The notes under the pieces were generated by a model. That model saw only the letters and a program-made list of their open reading frames with translations. It ran no database searches and was not told the origin of the DNA. 64,000 nucleotides of DNA, from contig NW_003314278.1 of assembly GCF_000143415.4 (NCBI RefSeq), forward strand, positions 1,872,362 through 1,936,361, read 5' to 3'. The position numbers were made by a program, and so were the translations under genes. Source of the DNA: Selaginella moellendorffii. Its lineage: Eukaryota; Plantae; Lycopodiophyta. Shown in pieces: positions 38,743 to 49,760 of this stretch (the first letter of the stretch is position 1; each line of letters opens with the position of its first letter).

Positions 38743-39404
38743 GTTCGGCTCCGTTTTGCATACTGGTCCTAGCATTGGGATGCTGGTTGCTTTAGGACTG
38801 TTCCAAGTCACTCCAGGCTCTTGTCCCTTTGCTCCTTGGGCTGTATGCTTGAAAGTTGTTTCGTGGACCAGTTCCGTCACTTCTTGGCTCTATGCTCAGG
38901 AGTTTGGCACCGTTCCTTCATTCAGTGGCCCAAGGCCTTGAACCTCAGATTCCACACCACTATCCTTTGGACACAGACACATGGCATGTGTCACGTGGCA
39001 TAAAGAGGGTTTAGGTTCCGCTTTGTGGTGTTATCCTATGGTAAATCACCATAGGATAAAGGGTCAAAACCATGTTTGGCTCTGTTTTGCGTGCTGGTCC
39101 TGGCATTGGGATGTTGGTTGCTCTAGGACTGTTCTAAGTTGCTCCAGGCTCTTGTCCTTTCACTCCTTGGGCTGTATGCTCAGGAGTTGCTCCGTGGTTT
39201 GGTTCCATCACTCCTTGGCTCCATGTTTGGGAGTTTGGCACCGTTCCTTTGTTCAGTGGCCTAAGGCCCTGAACCTCAGGTTCTGCACCATTGTCCTTTG
39301 GACACGTGGCATATGACATGTGGCATGTGTCACATGGCATAAAGAGGGTTTATGTTCCGCTTTGTGGTGTTACAGGATAAAGGGTTAAAACCACGTGCGT
39401 TACA
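38743..39404 (+). repeat. ~331-bp tandem duplication of the 3' part of the 5' LTR
   Basis: The unit gtt.ggct..gttttgc...ggataaagggt.aaaacca starts at 38743 and again at 39074. Confidence 0.88.
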
Positions 39405-42400
39405 TTTGGTATCGGAGGATATGTCTTAGCGAGTTCTATCCAATGAGATTGGGCAACTAGTCTCGTTGCATACACAAAGATGAAAACAATGATCTAAGTG
39501 GGTACACATTTGGGTGCAAAGACTTTGCAATTGTTCCTTAGGTATGGATTTGGTTACCTTTTTGTACCATGTTATGTGAGCTTGCTCTTGGGCTCATAAG
39601 ATGGACTGAGATGTTTCATTTACACGAGTTTACGCTTGGGCGAGTGAGTGAGGCAATTAGCAACTCAAGATTACACTTTGGGTTGGCAAGATTAATATTA
39701 GCCTATCGGTAGTTCCATAAATTGTTACAATGGTTCCGTGAGTTGTTCCATGTACCATGGGTGAAAGTAAATCTTTCTTGGGTTTACTATAAGTGGCAAA
39801 TAGGCTGGTCCGTAGCTGTTTAGCACAGCACTAGGGGATCCTTCCTAGGCATAATTACAAGTGGATCAATCAAGACTGTAGGGGTTAGTCTATTGATTCA
39901 AGTAATCATTGCTGTGCTCTCTCATAAACTTTCTTGGATTAGGAACAGAAGGCAGTGCAAAAGCAAGCTTGAGGTTAAGCTAAAGTTAAGATTGAAAATA
40001 GAGTCATCAGGGATGAAGGATCAAACACGTAACTCATCTCCTCTTCTTGGAGAGATGATTTGCAATGAAGTGTTAACTCATTGCTTATGTTCACATTATG
40101 CAATCATGAGTCCCTACCTTAATATATGTTGGAATTGATGGTCTTGCAAGTGGTGAGTTGTGGGATGGATAGCGGTGAAGTGCTATACCATTTTGTCTAA
40201 GCTTGCTATTAAAAGACTTAGGTTGCAATGCTCAATTCTTTCTGGGGAACCTTGCTATTGCTCCTTGAGTGGCTTGGTGTTGGATTAAATTTTGAGTTTG
40301 GTCAGATAGCAAGTGGCATGAGCTTATCTATGTTGTGAACAAAAGTTAGTGGTGTTGGGTGTTATAAATCTCCATCGGTGGAGTGTGGCATTTATGTTGC
40401 ATTTTGTCGAATCGAGTTAGCACTTAATACTCACATAAACATTTGTAGTAGTGATATGGGCGTTGCTTGTGGTGTTGCTTGATTGATGATCAAGACATTG
40501 TGATTTCTTATATCATATCCATGTGATAATGAGTAATGTGTTTACGAAGTTGTTTGGTTAGACAATGATCAACCCTAAAGTGGTTGATGGTGAAGCTATT
40601 CTACTGCACGAAGTAGCATGTNNNNNNNNNNNNNNNNNNNNNNNNNNNNNNNNNNNNNNNNNNNNNNNNNNNNNNNNNNNNNNNNNNNNNNNNNNNNNNN
40701 NNNNNNNNNNNNNNNNNNNNNNNNNNNNNNNNNNNNNNNNNNNNNNNNNNNNNNNNNNNNNNNNNNNNNNNNNNNNNNNNNNNNNNNNNNNNNNNNNNNN
40801 NNNNNNNNNNNNNNNNNNNNNNNNNNNNNNNNNNNNNNNNNNNNNNNNNNNNNNNNNNNNNNNNNNNNNNNNNNNNNNNNNNNNNNNNNNNNNNNNNNNN
40901 NNNNNNNNNNNNNNNNNNNNNNNNNNNNNNNNNNNNNNNNNNNNNNNNNNNNNNNNNNNNNNNNNNNNNNNNNNNNNNNNNNNNNNNNNNNNNNNNNNNN
41001 NNNNNNNNNNNNNNNNNNNNNNNNNNNNNNNNNNNNNNNNNNNNNNNNNNNNNNNNNNNNNNNNNNNNNNNNNNNNNNNNNNNNNNNNNNNNNNNNNNNN
41101 NNNNNNNNNNNNNNNNNNNNNNNNNNNNNNNNNNNNNNNNNNNNNNNNNNNNNNNNNNNNNNNNNNNNNNNNNNNNNNNNNNNNNNNNNNNNNNNNNNNN
41201 NNNNNNNNNNNNNNNNNNNNNNNNNNNNNNNGAGATTTGTTTTGAGTGAACTATGTGAAGTTGTTTATAGAAGGAAGTTGGTTGAGTCTTGAAAGTTTGC
41301 AATCCTAGACTAAGAGTCATTTTTTTTCTCTAGGATGGAAAATTTTCCACAAATTTTCCTAGGCTTTTCGAATGGCTGATCTATTGATCACTTTGTTTGA
41401 AAACCATTCCATTTTCGTAAACTAGTACAAACTAGTGAAGGGGTTGGAGTTGACTTTGGTTAGCTTAGACCTTATTAGGTAGTTTGTAAGATGCAACCCG
41501 AAAGGGATGCTGACTTTTGGAGCTAAAGCAATTGAGTTGGATAGAGTCTGGAGTTGGTGCAGAAAAATGGCTGTTATGCTTTTCTAAGAAGGGTGACCCT
41601 TGTGCCTTTCTTTTGTAGTGTTATGCTTAGTGGTAGGTTGCACCTTGCATTTCACTAGAGTCTATGAGAGTAGTGAGCTCTCACTGATCTTGACTTAGTC
41701 TTGGCAACCCTGCGCCTTGGCTGAGGATGGTGATGTCCAACTTAGTTGTTTAAGGTTGAAATGTTGGTACTTGTACTATAGCTTTGTCTATGAGGAGGTT
41801 GTGTATCGATATAAGTCCATCTCATGGTTTTCACTTTAGTTTTGACTGAGTGTTAATCATATATAGCTAGCCTCTTTAAGGCATGCTCAGAGCTACGAGG
41901 CTAATGCATTGGTGAGTTTGTCACAGTTGAGTTGGATTTGAGTAGTCATTTAGTTTATACTTGTCCATGAACCTTTATCTTGTGCCTAGGGTATTACATT
42001 CATATTGGACATATATACAACTCAATGGCGTGAGTTTAGTGTTTGGGTTTTGTGAAGGCAAGTTGAAAAATGATTGTTGGTTGCTTTGCAACTAGTGGTT
42101 GCTAGTAGACTTTATCAAAGACTTTTGGCACTTCACTCGATGAAGATTTAGTAGTGATGGGCTTGCTTTACCAGATGAGTGTTGTGGAGGATATGTTCTT
42201 TAGACTTACATGAGGTATTTCCATGTTGGTATATCAATTCTACCTTTATCAATATCATTTGGTTGTGTTTAGATCGTGGTGTTGGATTTTATTGAGTCTT
42301 GGATGTGGTGAATCACTCCTTGATGTTGTGTTATCTGTACCTGTGAAGGGTTGATCTCGGATACTAAATATAGTATCTTCAACTTTGGTTAATTTAGTTG

Positions 42401-44794
42401 CTAAAGAGTTTTGAGTGGTGATTCATTTTTGCTTTCTTCTAGCTTTGTTATGGTGTTGATGGCATTGAAGTGATGCCTTGTCATTGATATTATTGATGTT
42501 AAGATTCAAGTAAAATAAGATGTCTATCCTTAGGATTGATATTGAGTTTCATTAGTCTCGATAAAGATAGTGTTGATGATTTGGTTGTAGCTTTATGTTA
42601 TTAGCATTCGCGCATTTGCTAGTTAGCAACTATGTTGACGTTCAAATGAACTGAGTGGCAAGTTTGAGCTAATTGTGTTCTAAATGAGATTATTTAGTAG
42701 GGGTTGAGCTTTGGCTTTTCCTTGAAAAGTGATTCAATCGTGGACTATGCTAACTCTACAAGCGAAAGAGTTAGTGATCGATATTGGAATGTTTGAATCC
42801 TTGTTAGATTCAAGTTAGGATATATCGATCATTGATAGTTCTTCTTATGCTTGTTATGAAGTGAGTTACATCTTGCTATAGATGGATTCATGGAGGATCG
42901 TTTGGTGATCATTTGTTGAGCATAGCTTCATTATGCTTGGCTTTTGGATTGATGTAAATCTACTCTTCATTAGCTTAGCATTATGAAGTTTAACTTATGG
43001 ATGTGTTGAGGAGAATATTATGGGTTGTACCATGATTTCTTTTTTAGCATTGAAATTAGTTCATGCAAGACTCGTGATCATTATTAGGCAAGACTTGGCT
43101 ATAGGCTTCTTCGAGCTTTTAGTTCTATGAGTTTTCATGATTGTGGTCCATTTGTAAAAAGTTGTTAGGGAAGGCATTTTAACTTGCTAGCTTTGATGTT
43201 GAAGTTAATATTTGTATCTACCAATCATTGGTGATGATTGACTATCATCTAGGATAGTTGATTATCCTTGTCAAGTGGTTTTGCTTGATTATTATTGATC
43301 TAGAATGATTTGCTATTCTTTGGGATGGTAGATTTCTTCTTTGACGATGATTATGCATTTCTCTATTGATAGGATAATTGATGATCTTTTATGATAGTTA
43401 GCTATTCTTTTTTATGGCTTATGGCTTTTTGCAATATTACATGTTCTTTGTGGTTTGCTTTGGATTGGTCTTTAGGGTTTGAGATATCGATAGGATGTTG
43501 CTGACACTTGCTTGAGCAACTCTGGTTCCTTGGTACTATTGACCAGGATCTATTTAGATTGGCTAGTGCAATAGTTGGCAAAAATGAGNNNNNNNNNNNN
43601 NNNNNNNNNNNNNNNNNNNNNNNNNNNNNNNNNNNNNNNNNNNNNNNNNNNNNNNNNNNNNNNNNNNNNNNNNNNNNNNNNNNNNNNNTTTTCATTAGTT
43701 AAATTTATCATGAGTTTTTCTTTGATGATACACTGGCTATGTAATTATGTTGGATAGTGAATCTTATGTTTTCCAACTATAGTGATCTTGGTGGTTCCTA
43801 TACTTCAATACTGGTTTATCATATGATAACTTACTTGGAATACTTTTGTGTTCTAATCTAAGATTTAATCACTGGTAATTAAGTCTCTAAGATATCATTG
43901 TCTATGACTTTGATATTGTCCATCTATTGATCTTTGAGTTTGGGCCAGTATAGGCAGACTGGCTTCGGCACTTCATGTGCATGGTAAAATCTTTAGTCAT
44001 GGGGTAGCTACTGTAGACTGGTCACATAACCCGCCTTTTTGTCGATGTTCCTTATTCCGTCAAAAAGGGCGTGACCATGTAAACAACTCTAACTGCTTGT
44101 TTACAGTAATCTATCTAAACCTTACTGATGGGTTTGGTTTCTTTGCTCAGAAGGGTTGGGGCCTCTAGCTTCTCTCTCTATATCCCTGCAGGTAGGGCAT
44201 ATCACACTTTTGTAAGCTGGGTGACAACTAGAGCAGCAAGGGTGGCTAACTCCGTTGGTCATTTCCTTGTCGGCGATAGTCGGAAGGTGTTTGAGCTGGT
44301 AGTGCATCCGTGCTAGACAAAGAGGTTACCCCTAACTCATTTAAGTTAGTGCATTTCTCACATAGTGTGAGTACCATGAACTTTTTCTGGAGTTGTTTCC
44401 TTGGCGGTATTCTAGACTGGAGTATGCATCGACAAGGACGTCGATCTTCCCTAGGGGGGGAGAGTGTCGCAAATGTGACTTCAGGTATCAAAAGTTACCT
44501 GTCGGCCAGTCCTTACGGACACTCTTTTTTTACTGCCACAATGGCAGGAGGTCGGTATTGCTGGGCCCGTTATCAATCTCCACCTAAGCTAGTTGAAAAA
44601 CTGGTATTAGTGTGTGCACTTGACCAGATGAGCATAAGGAAGGAATTCCTAAGTGCCTATTTAGTCAAGCATACTTGACTTGGTTGGAGAAATTCATTCA
44701 TTGACTTGCACTTGCTAGTGTTGGGAACCCTCGCGATATTGAGCTTGGTCCCTCAATATCGCTAGATGATAACTTATTGTGTCTGCCAAACACC

Positions 44795-44989
44795 TGTAAG
44801 CAACCAAAAAGAACGACTTGAGAGACGATCCATGGGGTTCAAATATAGAGGAAATGGGCTCATGAATAAGAGTGTACGCCATTTTCCAATCAGTTAAGGG
44901 TTTTGGGATATTTGGGGTTAAGCGTCCTTGGGTTTGAATATTACTGGGTTGGGTGACCTCCCGTGAAAGTCTAAACTCAAGAGTTTACA
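44795..44989 (+). mobile_element. Cassandra-like TRIM solo LTR carrying a 5S rRNA internal-promoter segment, TSD ACACC
   Basis: 195 bp, TGTAA...TTACA; ACACC at 44790-44794 and 44990-44994. 44917-44971 GTTAAGCGTCCTTGGG..ATATTACTGGGTTGGGTGACCTCCCGTGAAAGTC resembles plant 5S box A/IE/box C. Confidence 0.88.
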
Positions 44990-45799
44990 ACACCCTCGCT
45001 ATCATGCCCTTTGTGTTAGTTTCATTTCGGTCCCAAATGTTATTTATGGAAAGCATCCAGATTTGCTCATTTGGCATATTTATGGAATGTAGAGATTGAC
45101 CTGAACACAATGGTGTTTGTCCTGTGTCCAAATTCGCAATTTAGCACCATTCCATATTTAGTAAGTTTCAAACTTATCCCATAGATACTAAGGGAGGCTT
45201 GGGATGAAAGCCCAAAGCATGTGTTCCTCAAGGGGGGGGGGGCCTATGGGGGGTTCCAAATGTATAGTAGGGATAGTGGGTAGGTCGGGCATGGCTGACC
45301 AACCTGAGGCATAGTCTAGCTCTCGCTTGCGTGCCTGTCCTTGTTCTACGTCTGGCTTGGGTCTAAGCCCAAGCTCCACACCATGCTAGCTGGTGGAGTA
45401 CCCATATCTTCGCGTTAGGCTACTGGTATGCTGAAATAGTGCCAAACTCCATTTGGCTCCGTTTTGCATGCTAGTCCTGGCATTGGGATGCTGGTTACTT
45501 TAGGACTATTCCAAGTCGCTCCGGGCTCTTGTCCCTTTGCTCCTTGGGCTGTAAGCTCGGGAGTTGCTCCGTGGTTCGGTTCCGTCACTCCTTGGCTCCA
45601 TGCTTGGGAGTTTGGCACCGTTCCTTCGTTTAGTGGCCCAAGGCCCTAAACCTCAGGTTCCACACCACGTTCCTTTGGACACATGGCATATGACATGTGT
45701 CATATGTCATGTGGCATAAAGAGGGTTTAGGTTCCCCTTCGTGGTGTTATTCTATGGTAAATTACCATAGGATAAAGGGTAAAAACTACATACGCTACA

Positions 45800-46451
45800 C
45801 AGGCCTTCTACACAAACATCAAAATGTTGAGCAAAGGTAATTACACCTTCTTGTGTATAGAAAAACTCATGTCACCAGACCATGCTCCTTAATAAACTTT
45901 GCAGAAACAAAATTGTCATCACTCCCACTATCCAATAAAATCTATACTGGACTATTACAGAACACACCCTGTAGCTTTAAAGTTGATACATGAGTGTTTT
46001 CGAGCTCCATCTTATTCTACACACAATTAAATTGATGAGCAACGATCAAAAGCCTCTTCCTTCAATTGGAATGGTCATTCCCATCATCCTCACACTACAA
46101 AATTTACAAATTTTTAGTATCTAACTTACTATCAGTAGAAGATTGGCCATTTGTTTTGCCCTACTATTTATTTTTTAATTGTATATAATCAGTCTTGTAG
46201 TGTTTAAACTCGCTGCAACAATGATAACCCTTTTTATAATTCTTCATAAAGAATTGTTTCTTTGACCCCTTTGCATCTGAAGTAGCCACCACAAACTTAA
46301 ACCTGTGATGCTTGTTCCCATCCTTGTGTCCATGGCGATCATTATGATAATTCTTGACAAAAAGACTCCTTGAGTATCCCCAAATAGTGGTACTATGAAC
46401 TTGTCATAGCAAGTTAATGCTGATTGCAGTTATTCCTCGCCCCTGAAAGCT
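45800..46451 (-). mobile_element. Upstream (gag/protease) half of the gypsy element split by family A copy 2
   Basis: The minus strand gives ILLDSGSDDNFVS (~45905-45943) and continues VEG|LEVLVG into 36792. Confidence 0.8.
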
Positions 46452-46949
46452 NNNNNNNNNNNNNNNNNNNNNNNNNNNNNNNNNNNNNNNNNNNNNNNNN
46501 NNNNNNNNNNNNNNNNNNNNNNNNNNNNNNNNNNNNNNNNNNNNNNNNNNNNNNNNNNNNNNNNNNNNNNNNNNNNNNNNNNNNNNNNNNNNNNNNNNNN
46601 NNNNNNNNNNNNNNNNNNNNNNNNNNNNNNNNNNNNNNNNNNNNNNNNNNNNNNNNNNNNNNNNNNNNNNNNNNNNNNNNNNNNNNNNNNNNNNNNNNNN
46701 NNNNNNNNNNNNNNNNNNNNNNNNNNNNNNNNNNNNNNNNNNNNNNNNNNNNNNNNNNNNNNNNNNNNNNNNNNNNNNNNNNNNNNNNNNNNNNNNNNNN
46801 NNNNNNNNNNNNNNNNNNNNNNNNNNNNNNNNNNNNNNNNNNNNNNNNNNNNNNNNNNNNNNNNNNNNNNNNNNNNNNNNNNNNNNNNNNNNNNNNNNNN
46901 NNNCGAGTAAGTTTGGATTTTTAGACTTTTAGTCATTCACTAAGTTTCA

Positions 46950-47600
46950 ACTACGGTTGGACACATGGTGTCAACCATGTTCCTGGGCAATGCCAATCTT
47001 GTTGGGAGTATATCTACAAAGAGTTCAACAAAATCAAGTCATATGAATATCATGTTCTTACTGGCAAATGTAGTACTGAAACATAACAACAGAGCAATGT
47101 TGTGAAGCTGATATACCACTAACATTCAATGATCAACTCTATACAATGATGGACGAGTGGCTTTAGGACTGTCAAACTGTAAATTCACAGAGACAGACTT
47201 AGGAATCAATGTCTTCACCATCTACATCCCAACAATCATCATTACCAACACCAAGAGCTTCACAACAATGATCACTATTACCTCCATATGGAGAATCAGA
47301 GCCTAAAGGTATGTTTTGTAGTTTTTGTTCATAATCACTTTTGGCAATGACAAAAAAAAAACAAGAATCTTGAAAAGCATAGTTCAGGCCAGCTGAGGAA
47401 GAAGTCTTGCACACAACTTGCAGAACAACTTGCAAGAGCACTGTGTGACAACAATGTAAACCTCATTGATATAATGGAAAATAGCTAGAAGGAAATTTGT
47501 TGTCATAATTTGAAGAAAGAAGAATTCATGAAGCATACTCTGGCTATAGATAGCCAGATGGTGAAGAGTGTGGATCAAGTAGCTCAAGCCTTGTTTGCAA
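46950..47600 (+). pseudogene. Myb/SANT (trihelix-like) ORF remnant, probably the Harbinger DNA-binding ORF
   Basis: EFNKIKSYE...GKCSY...IPLTFNDQLYTMMDEWL (~47021-47163); convergent with the Harbinger transposase. Confidence 0.45.
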
Positions 47601-47929
47601 TTGCTGATTCTTTGGTAAGTTAATTCATATTGTTATTCATGAACTTCACTTTTGTAATTTACAGTATCACTAATTACTATCTCCGAAGCGACAAGAGAGA
47701 TAATGAATTGATGAAGATGTGATGATTTACCTAATCAACAATTCTAGGCCCAGCATTCCCACCTTGCATTGCCACTGCCAATATCCTTGGATCGATTCCA
47801 TCAATTTAGATAGAGCATTCTTGTTGGAAGGACATGAGTGTTCACGTAAAGTTGTTTGTATCAATTGTCTGGCAATAGAAACACAAATGGATCAGAGTTA
47901 GATTGAAAGGAAGGAAAGAACTTTGCAAG

Positions 47930-48193
47930 AGTAAGTACCAAGAATGCCAAACTGCGAAATGACAATCTTTGTGTATGGTTGATTGAATCCCCTCTCAGTG
48001 ACCACTACTCAGGTATCACCTATAAGCTTGGCAATGTTGTGGGGATTCAAGATGAGATTTTTCCCAAGGAATGAAGAGAAGAAAATACATACTAGAAGTA
48101 AAGATTGCTTGTGTTATCTTTGACCACCCTGGTACTCACAATCTTCCGGACAACATCCAGGCCTTCTACCACCCACCCTACCACCAAATTCAT
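47930..48193 (-). pseudogene. CYP28: 3' fragment of a plastid cyclophilin-type PPIase (CYP28-like), with one short intron
   Basis: NLVVGWVVEGLDVVRKIVSTRVVKDNTSNLYF [intron ~48036-48092] IAKLIGDT*VVVTERGFNQPYTKIVISQFGIL, recognised from memory as the CYP28 C-terminus. Confidence 0.72.
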
Positions 48194-48879
48194 TGGGAAT
48201 TTCGAAGAATTTGTTGGGAAACCAAGTAGGATTCCAACTTCTAGTGATAGAACAGCTTCAATGGCCTCAAGTTGCATTCCCTTGTGTCACCAGTCTCAAG
48301 CTGCATTTCCAAGCATCTTCTACAGCACCATTCCAAATCATTTTCTTCCCTCTTCCTCTTGCCGCCAGACCACTCAACATGCAATCATTTAATCATTTTA
48401 AAACCTTCCCTATGAGAAGAACGAAAACGAACTTGAATGTTAGAATCAGACCAACACTGGCAGCAGCTGTGACTCTAAACTCATTATAGAGCCCCCTCTC
48501 TTTGCTCTTAGCCAGGTTCCCTGCTGTGCCCGCATTCAAGCCTTGTACTGAAATCTTTGAATTAAAACCCTGAAAAATAGAACAAAACTTGAGTTTGTGA
48601 GCATGCTAAAATAAATAAATTTGTGAGCTTCAAGTGGATTTGTTTAAGTCTACTACATAAGTAATGAGAATGTTTCTAAGCTTTGTAGCAGTGACATGAG
48701 GCTCCAGTTGCTAGCCTTGTGGTTGATTAGTCATTGGCTCAAGCTCAATGTCTATTTCCCCTATGTCACCTATACCAATAATGAAGTTATGCAGAATGCA
48801 AGCCGTTTTTATGGCAACTGTTATCTGAGTGATGGTTTAAACTTTAACCAACTTCTTAAACATCCTTCAATGACCTTTA

Positions 48880-49760
48880 AGCAATCCAAAACTTCTCTCA
48901 CATACCATCCTCAAAGACGATAAGTAAAAATTGAATGCTTCCCTCAATTTAGTTCCATTTGCACTTGGAAATGGTCTAACCACGGAAGCTTGTAGTATCC
49001 CAAGTCTCCAATGATATATTCCCAAAACTGGTATTGGCCTCTTAAGACTATTGGTAAGTTAAGAATCTCACCTGATTGAGCTCTTCTATAGAATGAACTC
49101 TTCCTCAAAATAGTTATGTCATTGCAACTCCCAGGATCTCCAACTTAACTCAATGATTGCTTGCATGACAATGGAGTTATCCTTGTCCTTGTTATAATAA
49201 TTACTTGTAAAAGTGTTTCTAGAAAGTTCAACTTCGAAATGTGTGCAGTCAATTGCACCATAGCAATTCAAGAAGCCACAAAAACTCTCAAAACCTATTT
49301 TTACTACTAACAGATCTACTGGCCACAAGAGAAATTGTACTAGATATTGGAATATTGAGTCAGAGAACTTCTAACAATACTTCCAGACTATTGCTTTAGA
49401 AACACCAAAATGCTCTGTCAAACTAGCAAAAGAATCACCTAAACCTAATCTCCATAAAACAATGGCAACTTGTTTACCAACAAGAACATATCTAGATGGA
49501 ATGTTTTTCAAATTTGGAGGCAATGTTGTTTGCATTAACAGAGCAACAAGTTCACAAATTGTCATGAACTACTCCTCAGAAACTCTAAAGAACTCTCTCC
49601 ACTTTTTTGGATCTTGCATTCCAACCTCATCCACCCAATGACGAAACTAATGAAGAGACCTTGGTTTGATATAGAAATCTCCCTCCTGAAAGAAGTTTAA
49701 TTGCAACCAACTCCTAACTATTGCCAAGCACATGTGATGTTACACTAGCACTAATTGTTG
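48880..49760 (-). mobile_element. PIF/Harbinger (DDE_Tnp_4, HARBI1-like) transposase remnant
   Basis: VGKQVAIVLWRLGLGDS...FGVSK, GFLNCYGAIDCTHF, NSIVMQAII and YIIGDLGY. TIRs not found. Confidence 0.88.

Larger units (their letters stand above)
36793..45799 (+). mobile_element. Full-length family A element copy 2, with nested insertions in both LTRs
   Basis: 5' LTR 36793-39404 (interrupted); PBS TGGTATCGGAG 39407-39417; interior collinear with copy 1; PPT 44453-44464; 3' LTR 44465-45799; near-TSD CAGCC/CAGGC. The host protease frame rejoins across it. Confidence 0.92.

Noticed and set aside
44917-44971. 5S rRNA gene
   Set aside because: Only the internal promoter part is present, with no 5S 5' end or T-run terminator, and it lies within a TSD-flanked LTR.
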